64,000 bases of DNA from Octopus vulgaris (GCA_951406725.2 OX597817.1:87172001-87236000), one strand, 5' to 3'. Shown: positions 1 to 14,019, numbered from the stretch's first letter. The notes: generated from the letters alone by a model not told the origin. Numbers and translations: made by a program.

Positions 1-30
1 GCACTATATCGTATGTGTGTGTGTGTGCGT

Positions 31-73
<43 letters not shown>

Positions 74-75
74 CA

Positions 76-1159
76 CAGGGTGGCTCTAAAATGTGTGCAC
101 ACTTTCACAGATGATTACTCAATTTACTTTCGTTTTTAGATTAATCCCTTAGAAATAATAATGAGGGGACAAAGACTAATCTTTGAACAAAGGGAATTTG
201 TCCTAAAGTTCTACTTAAATTCTAAAAAACGCAGTCGATGTGCAAAAACAGTGTAAGAGGAAGTCATAAACAAATCCCTCGGCAACACCTACCGTAACTC
301 GAATTACAGATGAACTTAAAGCAGATGGAACTGTCCACAATTTCCACAAGAACCGTTCCGCATTATCGTGTACATAGACGCGCCTACAAAGCAAGATAGA
401 TCACCAGAAACGTAATGATAAGGTTCAAGGAAATACGTGCCGCAAGCTAGTTGTGAAATGTGAATTTCAAAATCAAGCGTCTTTCGCTTTTTGAGCCAAT
501 GCCATTGGAAAAGTTACATCCCAAGAATAATCCATGTCCTCAATGAAGATGATCCGAACCAAAAAATTAAGTTTCGTAAGAGGTACTTGCCAAAATGTGT
601 TGATGCAATCGCCGCAATTGACCATACTAAGTACCTGAGAATCTGCATATTATGGAGGGACATAATGTTATTTTACCAAGTGTTACAGTATGGTGCGATT
701 TATCTGCAGAAGGATTAATTCGACATTTTTTGATAGTACTGTGACTGATCCCATTTACTTGAGCTTGCTGTAACAATGTATCATGTGAAGTATTCAAGAA
801 CAACTTTGAAGATGCGGAGGTTAGTTCCAGCAAAAATGGTGGGAAGAGTTTCAGTAGAATACTCTCGGCGTTCACCGGTCTCACAACACTAGATTTATTT
901 TCAGAGGGACGCTTAAAAGATAAAGCTCACGGTACAAATTTGGTAACAGTCGATAAATTTAGTGAAGCCGTTGAAGGAGAATACTCACAATACCGAATGA
1001 AATGTTTCTTGATGTTTGCGATTCCATTGCTTTGAGTTATTAACAGTGCCTGGAGCAGAACGGTCATCAGTTTGAAAGCAGGCATAATTAAAAAGTAAAA
1101 TTAATTTTAAAGAACATTCACTTCATAATCATTCTATGCGTGTGGTTTTAGACATCCTA
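76..1159 (+). mobile_element. Degenerate Tc1/mariner-superfamily transposon (DUF4817-type transposase pseudogene)
   Basis: Frameshifted translation near 860-930 resembles WPxRSPDLTPLDFFLWGxLKDKVY. The C-terminal QCLEQNGHQFE lies at about 1044-1076. Weak TIRs: cagggtggctctaaaa ... ttttagacatcct. Confidence 0.65.
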
Positions 1160-1264
1160 TATATACACGTGTGTGCATGCTTGTGTGTGTGTGGATGAGT
1201 GTGTGTGTATGTGTGTGTGTGTGTGTGTATACACATATGTAAATTGATATACGCGCTTAGATTC

Positions 1265-1915
1265 CAATATATATATATATATATACAACTAGAAAACTGT
1301 TATAAAATAACCACCATAGGCTTACAGAAATATCTAATTCAGAAGCAAGGGCAACTGGTACAAATAGCCACAAAACACGAGTAAAACAAAAATACGAGAA
1401 AGAAGTCAGTGCACCTGACAACTATAATGAAAAAGAGGAGGCAACAAAAGTTGTAACACAACTGAAATCAAAACTGGAACAACAAAGTACTACGATAAAG
1501 CGATGGCAACAAAAGCCCTTACATGGCAAGTACTGGGATAAACTAAACAGAATAGAAATAGACAAAGTAAAAATCCCACAATGCCTGAGAAGCTTAGGAC
1601 TCAAAGCGTAGACTGAAGGATTTTTTAATTGCTGTACAAGATCAAAGTCTCCCCACCAGAAATCACTAGAAACACGCAATGAAGAAAAATACAACTGCAG
1701 AATATGTGGTTAGGGGAAGAAACAATAAATTATATTGATTCTGGCTGCCCAGTCCTGGTTATGAAGGAATATCTCCAGACACGACAGAGTTGTGACCTGT
1801 ATACACTGGAAGCTATTCCAACACTATGGAATGACAACAGAAAAAAGATGGTATAGGCACATCTCAGAAAATGACAAAGCAACCATAATCTCGGATACGC
1901 CAATACACACAAGTA

Positions 1916-1963
<48 letters not shown>

Positions 1964-2115
1964 CTAACGGGCCTGATACAGTTGGCAGAGATCATCAAGA
2001 AAAATGCCTTCTAATCGATGTATTAATCCCAACAGATGACAATGAATCTAAAAAGAAAACGAAGGTACTATCAAAATACAAAGACCCTGAAACAGAGTTA
2101 ACCCAAATGCGGTAG
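1265..2115 (+). mobile_element. 3' fragment of an RLE-type non-LTR retrotransposon (R4/Dong-like), pseudogenised
   Basis: Motifs KPLHGKYW, GLKA*TEGF, QDQSLP, RHDRV and ANGPDTVGRD..KCLLIDV.IP.D (PD-D restriction-like endonuclease). Followed by a long (AAT)n tract. Confidence 0.85.
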
Positions 2116-2162
2116 TGCACTGAAAGCACGTGATAAAAATTAGGCAACTGGATGATAAATAC

Positions 2163-2172
2163 AATAATAATG

Positions 2173-2267
<95 letters not shown>

Positions 2268-2303
2268 TATAATAATAATAATAATAATAATAACAATAAT
2301 AAC

Positions 2304-2369
<66 letters not shown>

Positions 2370-2387
2370 TATAATAATAATAATAAT
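2163..2387. repeat. (AAT)n microsatellite
   Basis: About 225 bp of near-perfect AAT repeats. Confidence 0.98.
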
Positions 2388-2914
2388 CTCATGGCTTCTG
2401 ACCTTAACTGATTGGAAGTGTTATCATGTATATTGTTTTGTCTTGGTATAAAAGATGGGCTACAGCAAATATTCTGCTCAATACCACAGATTTGCTTGTC
2501 AGTTGTTTGACCATAACCAGTTGAGCATGTCCCTTAGTGGCTGACGATATGTGCATCTCTGATCACGAGCAGAAGTAGTGGGGGTGCATCATAGCCATGT
2601 GTTGAGAGGGATTCTTTGGGTTTTGAATAATTCACCTCTGGAAACATGGGTGGTTCTTTCAACATCCTTAAACAACCCTTATTCAGGGACCTTTTGAGCG
2701 GGATGGGCTACTCAACCTGAAGAAAATTCTAACTGGGCCCCACCTGCAAGGTCATGTGCTGTTTATCTTGATATGAGATCACCATGTCGCGCACATATGG
2801 TTGTGATGCATGTGCCTGGTGTACCCTTATCAGACGGGTAGTCATGATGGGTATATTGGGCTTCGTATATTTGACCCCAGTGTCACTTTGATGGCATGAA
2901 CTGCTCTCTCACTC
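2388..2914 (+). mobile_element. ~530-bp (AAT)n-tailed interspersed element, copy 1 (probable R4/Dong-like 3' UTR or derived SINE)
   Basis: Highly similar to 2939-3480. Ends ctctctcactc followed by (AAT)n and is flanked by AAT on both sides. Confidence 0.75.
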
Positions 2915-2938
2915 AATAATAATAATAATAATAATAAT

Positions 2939-3480
2939 AGTGGCTCTCATGGCTTCATGGCTCCTGGTCTTAACTGATTGGAAGCGTTATCATGTATATT
3001 GTTTTGTCTTGGTATAAAAGATGGGCTACAGCAAATATTCTGCTCAATACCACAGATTTGCTTGTCACTTGCTTGACCACAACCAGTTGAGCATGTCCCT
3101 TAGTGGCTGACGATATGTGCATCTCTGATCACGAACAGAAGTAGTGGGGTGGCATCATAGCCATGTGTTGAGAGGAATTCTTTGGGATTTGAATAATTCA
3201 TCCTTGGAAGCATGGGTGTTTCGTTCATCATCCTTAAACAATCCTTATTCAGGGACCTTTTGAGCGGGATGGGTTACTCGACCTGAAGAAAATTCTAACT
3301 GGGCCCCACCTACAAGCTCATGCACTGTTTATCTTGACATAAGATCACCATGTCGCGCACATATGGTTGTGATGCATGTGCCTGGTGTACCCTTATCAGA
3401 CGTGTAGTCATGATGGGCATACTAGGCTTCGTATATTTTACCCCTGTGTCACTTTGATGGCATGCACTGCTCTCTCACTC
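2939..3480 (+). mobile_element. ~540-bp (AAT)n-tailed interspersed element, copy 2
   Basis: Direct tandem copy of 2388-2914 with scattered substitutions and the same 3' end. Followed by (AAT)n at 3481-3519. Confidence 0.75.
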
Positions 3481-3520
<40 letters not shown>

Positions 3521-3659
3521 TTACTATCTAACTATTGTAATGAATAGACCGCTTTGCCATGAGGCCGATGCAGTAAACTTCAAAGAAAGTCAATTAAAAT
3601 TTTCGTCTCCCTCTTTTCTTTCTTTATATACATACATACATACATACATACATACATGC

Positions 3660-3726
<67 letters not shown>

Positions 3727-3825
3727 TAATCCAAACATGAAAACACAAAGAGAAAACACAACAACGCGAGGACGTGGTACAAATATAGTATTAGTGGACG
3801 CTCATGAAGGAAGGGAAGAAGGAGG

Positions 3826-3860
3826 GTTTTACGTTTCAAGCGGAGCTCTTCGTCGGAAAC
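3826..3860 (-). ncRNA. Minimal type I hammerhead ribozyme motif (PLE-type)
   Basis: Minus strand reads GTTT-CCGACGA-A-GAGC tcc GCTT-GAAA-CG-TA-AAAC. Stem I is GTTT/AAAC, stem III is the palindrome ACGT, the triplet is GUA, and the core has U4C. It lies in a ~210-bp element between (TA)n tracts. Confidence 0.75.
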
Positions 3861-3960
3861 ATACGAGAAGGAAAGATCCAGAGAAGGGAAGACGGAGGGA
3901 AAAAAATCGCCAACGGTACACACGCGGTCACACACATATATATATATGCATACATACGTA

Positions 3961-4012
<52 letters not shown>

Positions 4013-4107
4013 TATAGAAGGAGCTTCTACAGGACTAGAACTGTTTCATTCAAGAGAAATCTTCAGGAAGCTAGTTAACAAGAATTGTATTGGCATTTAT
4101 ACATTTA

Positions 4108-4167
<60 letters not shown>

Positions 4168-4170
<3 letters not shown>

Positions 4171-4432
4171 GTGTGTGTATGTCTGTGTTTGTTCCCCTCC
4201 CCATCACCACTTGATAACCAGTGTTGGTATGCTTACATACTCGTAATTTAGCGATTCAACAAAAGAGACCAATTGAATAAGTACTATACACACACACACA
4301 CACATATATATTCCGTCTACCAAATCCACTCAGGAAGCTTTGGTCAACCCGAGACTTTAGTAGAAGACTCTTTACCAAGGTGCCACACAGTGGGACTGAA
4401 CTCGGAACCATGTGGTTGGAAAGCAAGCTTCG
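4168..4432. mobile_element. Two fragments of tRNA-SINE family A (3' part on +, head on -)
   Basis: Match the other copies at 12632, 14020, 18638, 40130, 46724 and 56935. Confidence 0.75.
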
Positions 4433-6146
4433 CACAAGTCTCTACTTACAAGTGTACTTTTTTCACAGGTTCGTGAAACTTGTAGTGACCTCCCAGCAAA
4501 ATTGAACACAGCTATTTTAATCTAATTCACTTAAATCATCTGAAAACTGCGCTATTATTTCCAAAAGACGATATATATATATTTTTTAAGTTCATTCACA
4601 TTTAAATTACATTTATCTTTCATATTTTTTTTAATGTTTACAACAAAATTAAATCTACGATTTACTTAATAGAATATTTTGTAATGCAAACAATATTTTT
4701 TTTTCGTTTTCTTTTCATGTTTACCGTGGAATTAAAGCTACAATATCGTTTGAAAATATGTGTTTGTTTTTGTTTATATTTTACAGTTTAAAATAAAATT
4801 AAAGATATATTTACGTATTGAAGCTTAATATCTTATTAATGGATATACGTTAAAATGATTTTTGATTACGATGGACAGACAACACACACTTACACACACA
4901 GATATATATACATATATATTACATATAACATATATATTCATATGTTTATGGTGCAAACACTCACATATACATACACACACGTACACACACACACATAGAC
5001 TGACAAAGAGCTACATATATACATATATATGCATAAATACATGCATATATATGTGTATATATATTTGCATAAATATGTGTGTATGTGAGAGTGTGTTTGT
5101 ATATGTGTGTGTAACTGTGTGTATATTTTATTACTTTAGGATGGATAGAAGTAGGTTATCATTTTCCTCATATCTAAACCAAGTGGCATAACACAAGTGA
5201 AATTTCGACATTTGTAAATCAATTTTACTGCTTCAATATTTATAATTTTCTTGATTGCTTTTCATAAAATTTATTGTAAACATTAAAACATTATAAAAAT
5301 TCGTTTCAATTCATCAAAACAAAACAACAACACCCACAAAAATAAATATAAGAAAATCTTTAAAAATGATTTTCATTTAAACGTTGAGCATTAACATTGA
5401 TTTGTTTTATGCTGACTTTTATAGTAAAAAAATTGTGATGCAAGAGGACACTAAGCCTATTTTAATGTTTTCAAATGAAATATACTTTCATTCAATGTTC
5501 TTCAATTTTCTATTAAAACTAATTTAAACTTTTTGAAATAATTCGTAACGTTTAAATACTTAATTAAAAACATTGTAATTGCTATTGTATATAATCAGAA
5601 AGTTAATAGTATTTCTAAACTAGACTAACGTTACCTATTGAAAGTATACTCAGATACACACACACACAAATGATTACATATCTTACCTACATTCATATAT
5701 ATATAGATAAATAAATAAATAAATAAATAAATAAATATATATAAGTATACATGCATACAAACGCACATGCTTGCACACACACACGCACACACACACATAC
5801 TTACGTACATAAACGCATACATATATATCAGTGTGTATATTTCTGTGCTCTGGGGGAGTAGGAAAGAGGGGAGGAGCGTGCGTACATAGCTGTGTGTATG
5901 TATGCGTGTTGGTTTGTGAGAAAGTATATAGGTGTGTGTGTACATAGATGCGTACGTGTGTGTGTGTGTGTGTGTACATAGATGCGTACGTGTGTGTGTG
6001 TGTGTGTGATTGCGTGCTCCAACAACGTTTATGGAGGCGAATGTAAGTGGTTGCCGGGTTGCATAATGTTTCTGTTAGAAGCCCTCGAAACTTCAAGTCA
6101 CATGGACCCGAGTCAAGCTATTTTAAAAAATGATACTTTTTGTATC

Positions 6147-6566
6147 AGGTACTTTTTGGTTATCTCACCCCTCATTAAAAAATTGGGTTATCTTCCCAAC
6201 TAAAAAAAATTGTTTAGCCTTCAAAGAAACAAAAAAAAAAAGAAAATGAAAATATTAATGAACATGAAAACCGAAAAGATTAAAACATCTTAATGAATTT
6301 GATATTTTATAACACATCATACAAAACTGAAAATATTAATAAACATGAAAACTGAAAAAAAATAAACATCATATTGAATCTAATAACATTTTTATAACAA
6401 ACCATACCATGCCTATTGAGGAGGCCAAAAGTCAACAATGTGTTAAAATATTGAATCAAAAGTATCTAACCCTTTTAATTCAACCTTTTGTCGCCACATA
6501 AGCTCAATCCCTTAGTGAGGAGATAACCCACTTTTTTAATGGGGGTGAGATAACCAAAACGTACCG
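6147..6566. mobile_element. MITE with ~55-bp terminal inverted repeats
   Basis: ggtactttttggttatctcacccctcattaaaaaattgggttatct ... agataacccacttttttaatgggggtgagataaccaaaacgtacc, with an AT-rich non-coding interior. Confidence 0.75.
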
Positions 6567-7062
6567 TAAATCCTACAAAATGTGTTGATTGCTTCTGAGT
6601 TTGTTTTGTTTACCCACACACTTATGTGTGTATATACATATATGTATATGGGTTTATATAAACCAGTGGTAATCACAACAAAGTGCCTTTAGTAAACTAG
6701 GCTACAAACCACAGAGTAAACCAATACATAGGCGTGAAATGTAGAGTCCTATAAAGCCAACATCATTGAAAATGATTTTTTTAGTGTATGATAAACTATT
6801 TTACATGTCTACATTAGCGTGTATGCTTTAAATTGCATTGTACTAGAGTACATTTTACAAACGAATGCAAATATAGAAAGGTAGCATATCAGATCAATAG
6901 AATATGGTTACATCAATTTTTCAACTCCAGTATACACATACAAAACAATCATATTCAAAGTTTTAATGTATGGAAGATTATAAAAATTAGTATAGGAGAT
7001 TTAATAAGATATCAAAAAGGAAATTATAGGTAGTGGTGATTAATGTGTAGGTGATGTATGAG

Positions 7063-7118
<56 letters not shown>

Positions 7119-7266
7119 AGAGATAGATTCGGGTAGGTTAGAGTTAATAACCTAGCGGTATTAATAAAAGGATGAACTCAGTATCGAAAATAGGGTTAAC
7201 ATTTAAATGTATACGGATACCAACTGGTGAAATAAGTATAATCATCTCATACCTACTGACTTTCTT

Positions 7267-7312
<46 letters not shown>

Positions 7313-8029
7313 TACACACACACAGATACATACACACATATATATGTATAAAAAGGTAATCTTCGAGCAGTCCGTAGAAGGTATAAAAAACAACTTTCAG
7401 GAAAAATAGTGGCTTATTGACGTAGAAGGTTGTAAATTTTTCTCATATCGGAAGTTCGATAAACTGAAAAAAGGTGAAATCCAGGCTACATATATTTCCT
7501 AGCTAGTAGAACCGCAGAAGTAGTGATTACTCAAACGATGCGTACTCCGCTAGCTACTCATCAGGCCAAGGATACTTTAGTCAAATGAAGGTTACATTAT
7601 CGTCAAGGGATCCCATGCTAACACGCAGGAAATTTGATCTAAAATTAAATTACCCGTTTGGTTAATTACTACTTTCGAAGTTGTGCTAGCTAGGAAACAT
7701 AATGTAGCCTGGATTTTATCTACTCCATTCCCCAAATTTATCTCCCCTTCTCACCCTTTCGTTTTTACCTCTCATCTATTCTTTAATTCATTTTTCTCCC
7801 CTTCACTGTTTTCTATCTGCCCCTTCTCTCTCTCCCTCTTCCTCCTTTACTCGTTGCTCTCACAAGACTATCGTCCATCTTTTTTTCCACACATTCATCT
7901 TCCTTTGCTTCCGGTCTGTTGCACAGACCAGACGTATTCTTGTCTGTCTCCTCTCCTGTCTTTTCTCCTGTCAAAGAATGTTCCTCAGCGTTCCCCACCT
8001 TACCTCGTCTGGCTTAGCAGCCCTCTGTT

Positions 8030-8285
8030 TCACTGTCCTGTTTTTGTTACCAACTTTGACCCTCCGCAAAATTGCAAATTTTATTTTGGCTTGCGGGTGC
8101 AACTGTTTTCTCGAAGGCACATATTGTCGTAGATTGCACGAAATGTGGAGTAGATAAACAGCCGACAGTTGATGAAGGGTCGTTCGTTGTGTTACTTGTT
8201 TTGTTTTCCATAGGTTCGCAAAAAAATGAAGTTTGTCTTCGTATTTCATGTTGTTTACGCTTTGTGACTCCTGTATCCATATATG
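8030..8285 (+). mobile_element. Unclassified (TA)n-associated interspersed repeat, family X
   Basis: Homologous to 33715-33910 (+), 35520-35850 (+) and 31415-31530 (-). All copies end at TA-rich tracts. Confidence 0.65.
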
Positions 8286-8318
8286 TACATATATAACGAT
8301 ATATATATATATATATAA

Positions 8319-8391
<73 letters not shown>

Positions 8392-8642
8392 TATAGATAT
8401 CACTGAGTGTGCTAGTGAGCAGCAGCACAAATTAATCAAATCAATAATCAGCGCTGATATGACTCCATCTCGCTTGCCGTAGGAAGCATATCTCCTTTGC
8501 CGGTCGTTAGAAAAGTGCTTTCACGTGGCTAATAGTTATTTTCAGACTTATTTCCAGTAATGGTGGTGCTGACAAGCACCCTCCATCACCTTAGTGACAA
8601 CGTTACTTGTTGCCTTTCGGTTGTAAATTGCGAATAACCACC

Positions 8643-8710
<68 letters not shown>

Positions 8711-9256
8711 ATATATACATATATATGTATATGCTTTCCATTTTTAACTTCTATACATGCGTGACGATGATCGCTCATACGGCTGACTTCCTTTAGAAGA
8801 GACACCTACCCTGCATGAAGGAGTTGAATCTCAAGATGTGATTTAACTGACCGCTAATCGGTGATTATCTCTACCACAATCGATTTAGCTTTCTTCAGTA
8901 TACACACACACACACACACACAACATACACATACGCACACACACATACACATACACACACATATACACACTCACATCGCTCAGAAGGTATATAACTGTAT
9001 ACATTCCTATGTATTTGATATAAAACTTCAATGCAAACAGAGATCATCATATTCATATTTATAACAAGACATAACAATAAAAATCAGGCAAACATCAATA
9101 TGGACATTAAAATACATTTTCAAATATATGACCGTGGGTGTGTAAGATTACCATCATATTTCAGTGTATCTATGAATAAACATTTATACATATACACATA
9201 AATATATACATATGCACAGACATATAAATATATATGTATCAATATATATATATATG

Positions 9257-9315
<59 letters not shown>

Positions 9316-9328
9316 GTACATAAATAAA

Positions 9329-9374
<46 letters not shown>

Positions 9375-9648
9375 TATGTACATATGTATGTATTTATGTA
9401 ATTTTGTTTGTATGTATATATGAAATTGACAGATTCATAACAATCTCTCAAAATGGAATGACACATTAGATAATGTAATCACTAACACAAAAATATAATG
9501 GTCATGGCTGGAAAGCTATTCCGCACAAATTCGATCAGTGACAACTTAAGACTAAAAATAACTATAAACACAAGTTGCTGGCTAAATATATAAAAAGCTC
9601 CTATGAACAAATTAAAACATTACATAGTATATCCACAGTCCCGTATTG

Positions 9649-9707
<59 letters not shown>

Positions 9708-9922
9708 CAATAATAATTCTCTAAATGAGATATAGACAGTAACTGCTCCATAACATTAGGGACTAAAGCCATCTGAATATTGCTAGGGACAGGGCAGGGT
9801 GGTGGGGGTGTTACTGTTGCATTTAGCCCCAGGCGAACATCAACGTCGCCAGATAGGCTTGACACCATCACGGCGTCCTCTATCCTGCAAAGGAGATAAT
9901 TCCCCGATGAAGCGGAAACCAC

Positions 9923-9965
9923 ACACGGACCTAGGTTTCAAGGTGTTTGCCTATTATCAACGTAT
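9923..9965 (-). ncRNA. Minimal hammerhead ribozyme motif, U3-A8 core variant (mirror copy)
   Basis: Exact reverse complement of 10039-10081. Confidence 0.75.
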
Positions 9966-10038
9966 GGTAGGCACCGCTTCCTCGACGAACAACTCACTCT
10001 GCAGGATATTTATATATAGATTTTCAAGCAAATCAACC

Positions 10039-10081
10039 ATACGTTGATAATAGGCAAACACCTTGAAACCTAGGTCCGTGT
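10039..10081 (+). ncRNA. Minimal hammerhead ribozyme motif, U3-A8 core variant
   Basis: ATACG-TTGATAA-T-AGG caaaca CCT-T-GAAA-CCTAGG-TC-CGTGT. Stem III is the palindrome ACCTAGGT and the triplet is GUC. Confidence 0.75.
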
Positions 10082-10251
10082 GTGGTTTCTGCTTCATCGG
10101 GGAATTATCTCCCTTTGCAGGATAGAGGACGCCGTGATGGTGTCAAGCCTATCTGGCGACGTTGATGTTCGCCTGGGGATAAATGCAACAGTAACACCCC
10201 CACCACCCTGCCTTGTCCCTAGCCATATTCAGATGGCTTTAGTCCCTTATG

Positions 10252-10307
<56 letters not shown>

Positions 10308-10386
10308 TGTCTACACCACCTGTCTTTGTCTTTTGTTTTTTTTTTTGAATTCTCCCTATATATATATATATACAAAATATATAGAG

Positions 10387-10455
<69 letters not shown>

Positions 10456-10763
10456 TACCTATCAGAATGATGAGTCAAAATAGTCACAGAATTGCCCATA
10501 AATCCAACACATCTTTCTGATTGCTGTAAATATTAAATTGATAAATATCCCTTAGCTAAACATTCGATACACCCAGAATACTTATGCAACATTTACCTGA
10601 AAATACGAACACGTGTATTAATGTTCTCCTTAAAACCCATGGATTTTGAAAATGATATTTGCATTATCCTATAGATGGTGGATATAATTAAAGTATGAAG
10701 TTTGTGAAAACGTACAGGAATCCCAAGCGAGACAAACTGAGATTATGGATAGTGGTTTCACAT

Positions 10764-11135
10764 TTTCACACAAGGCCAATAATTTCAGGGAAGGAGGCAA
10801 AGTCGATTAAATCGATCCCAGGGCTGAACTGGTCTTTGTCTTATTGACCCCGACAGGATGAAAGGTAATGTCGACTTCGGTGAAATTTGAACTCAGATCG
10901 TAATACCTATTTCTTTATTACCCACAAGGGGCTAAACACAGAGGGGACAAACAAGGACAGACATAGGTATTAAGTCGATTACATCGACCTCAGTGCGTAA
11001 TTGATACTTAATTTATCGACCCCGAAAGGATGAAAAGTAAGTCGACCTCGGCGGAATTTGAACACAACGTAACGGCAGACGAAATACCGCAAAGCATTTC
11101 GCCCGGCGTGCTAACGATTCTGCCAGCTCGAACGA
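10764..11135 (-). mobile_element. Two adjacent copies of tRNA-SINE family B (older 10764-10902, younger 10903-11135)
   Basis: The younger copy has an A-box-like tggcagaatcgttagc. Both have a B-box-like gttcaaatt and the conserved central tttcatcct..cggggtc.ataa block. Same family as 15063-15258 and 19005-19247. Confidence 0.85.
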
Positions 11136-11153
11136 TCCCGCCGGTTTGCTGCC

Positions 11154-11430
11154 TTAAAATGAGATTATGGTATTATCTAAACATCTTGTTCGTGGTCTAC
11201 CTCTAAGTCTTTTACCGATCGGTTCGGCTTGAAGATTCAGTCTTATTCGTTCCTGCCACATTCTAGCCACATGTTCGTGAATGCGACAAAGTAGCGATTT
11301 GGCCGGGAGAGACACCTTGACCGACCTACGACCCTTTCGAATAATGTTACTCCAGAGATCTTCCGCTGCTTGTATTCGCCATCGTAATCTTTCGGTCACT
11401 ACATAAATTTCGAACATGAAGCCTAGTCTA
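11154..11430 (-). mobile_element. RTE-clade LINE 3' fragment
   Basis: HVARM...GKRLRGRPRTRCLD matches the RTE RT C-terminal GHVxRM...GKRxRGRPRxRW motif. Confidence 0.75.
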
Positions 11431-11985
11431 TATTCAAGTAACGTTTCTATAAATGACATCACTCCATTATGGTTAGTGCTACTGCTGTTCTATCTGTCAT
11501 TTCTATATATTACACTTTTTCACATCTTTCAATTGTTATTGCTATCTAAATCTAATTGCTACAAGCCTGCTTCCTCACGCGTAACACCTCACCCGATACC
11601 ATCAAATAACTGTCATAACAATGGTTTATAATCAAAAGCACAACCAAAACGGAATGGAAAACAAACTCTAGATAAATAGCAGAACAATTCCCACTCCATA
11701 TATTCACAGATGCCCACCTCATCTATTTTCCTTGGAATATATAGAATGCAAAAAATATTGCTAAGTATCCAAGGAAAGATATCAGATGTGATGTGTTTCT
11801 TGCTTTCGATGAAGAACTGATTTCCCCATGATAAGTGTCAATATTAACTTCTTTTATCGTTTCTTGCAGCCTCTTTGAAATATCATTTCTTATTTTGTTA
11901 TACAGTGTCGAAATTATTCAAAAGAAAGAACAGAGACATCGCAAAGTAACATCTACGAATAGGCTTCGAAATATATCTATATATC

Positions 11986-12017
<32 letters not shown>

Positions 12018-12106
12018 TGTATGTATGTATGTATGTATGTATGTATGTATGTATGTATGCATGCATGCATGCATGCATGCATGTATGTATGTATCATTCT
12101 ATCACG

Positions 12107-12138
<32 letters not shown>

Positions 12139-12140
12139 TC

Positions 12141-12206
<66 letters not shown>

Positions 12207-12488
12207 ATGTATGTATATTTAGTGCAAAAATTATTAAAAAACTCAATGATGATGAAGAAAACAAATAAACAGAGTTTATTAAGTTTATGTTCAGGAAAAA
12301 AATAGAACGAGACGACTTTTACTTTTCGAGTTTGCGCTCTTTCAGAGAAAGAAAAGAGAGGTAGAGAAAAAAAATGGAGTAAGAAAAGAACAAACATGTC
12401 TCAGTTAGATGATCACCAATTGCTGTTGCATGTATGTATGTATGTATGTATGTATGTATGTATGTATGTATGTATGTATGTATGTATG

Positions 12489-12567
<79 letters not shown>

Positions 12568-12631
12568 ATGTGTGTATACTCGCGCGTATAACATACGTCT
12601 GTCTACCATTGTTTGTGCGTGTGTGTATCTA

Positions 12632-12792
12632 GGCGCAGGAGTGGGTGTGTTAAGTAGCTTGCTTACCAACCACATGGTTCTGAGTTCAGTCGCACTGCGT
12701 GGCACCTCGGACGAGTGTCTTCTACTATTATCTCGGGCCGACCAAAGCCTTGTAAGTGGATTTGGTAGACGGAAACTGAAAGAAGCTCGTTG
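12632..12792 (+). mobile_element. tRNA-SINE family A, 5' head
   Basis: ggcgcaggagtgg.. with B box gagttcagtc, running into (TA)n. Confidence 0.85.
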
Positions 12793-12794
12793 TA

Positions 12795-12889
<95 letters not shown>

Positions 12890-13317
12890 GTATGTGTGTT
12901 TAAATGTTTGTGTATGTCTCTGTGTATACTACTAGTATTACCATCAATAATATTAATATGCCAATTTGTTCTTTTTGTAGGTACCTATCGTGTGTCACAC
13001 TTCAAAGAAGTGAGGCAAAGCGAGAGAGAAGAGGACAGAGAGGAAGTAAGAGAGAAAGGGGGGAGAGAGAGAGAGTGATAGAGAAAGAGTGAGAGAGAGT
13101 GAAGGAGACAGTGAGTGGTGAGGGCATTCGTTTTGTGTTTTTAAATGTTTATCACATCGCAAGAAAAGTAGATACATAGATACATACACACATTGTTAAA
13201 TTAAAAGCGGGAGAGAGGAGAGAAACAGAGGAAGTGAAAGAGAAAGAGAGAAAGTGACAGTAGTTACATAGTTCCAAAGAATATTGGATGTCACTTTCAC
13301 TTCTCATTAACACACGA

Positions 13318-13468
13318 GGATAAAATTAACTGTGGCTGAGTGCTTCACAGATATGCATATCATTAACGTAGTTCTCAGGTAGATTCAGCCTCGCACAGAA
13401 TATGACCAGGCTGGCTCCTTTGAATTACAGCTACAACTCATTTTGGCCAGCTGAGTGGACTGGAGCAA
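13318..13468 (-). mobile_element. tRNA-SINE family C internal fragment (second fragment at about 13717-13825)
   Basis: ccagctgagtggactggagcaa is the reverse complement of the core at about 33510-33530. Confidence 0.7.
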
Positions 13469-13919
13469 GATAAGCCTTCATGTGGTTGGAAGAAAACGAA
13501 AACGGATCCTATACAGGGACAGGAAAATCTTTCTAGTCATTAGGGTTACTATAGGTGTTAATCCGGCCCTAACCGCGGCATTTGTGGGTCTCACAGATCT
13601 CGAGGCCAAGTCCCCCAGATAAACATCGATGCGCTGGCTGTTATCAAAATGCGCGTGAGTCAAGGGCGAATATACGACGGAACAGTAATTAAAAACATGA
13701 CTCTTTTTTTAAAAAATGGCACTCCGTCGGTTACGACGACGAGGTTCCTGTTTATCTGATCAACGAACAGTCTACTTGTAAAATTAACGTGGAAGTGACT
13801 GTAATCCACAGACATGCATACCATAGTTTTTTATAGCATGCTGACTACTTGATAAAAATCATTAACGTAATTTTTATTCAAATATTCTTTTATGAATTAA
13901 TATATATATATATATATAT

Positions 13920-14009
<90 letters not shown>

Positions 14010-14019
14010 ATATTTTTAT

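Larger units (their letters stand above)
9750..10255. repeat. Long inverted repeat (~220-bp arms, 67-bp spacer), PLE-type fold-back insertion in (TA)n
   Basis: 9750-9968 is the reverse complement of 10036-10255 with few mismatches. Confidence 0.95.

Noticed and set aside
9904-9940. Plus-strand CCGATGA-AGCG-GAAAC read as a stem II-less hammerhead
   Set aside because: No stem I partner was found. The opposite-strand motif explains the region much better.
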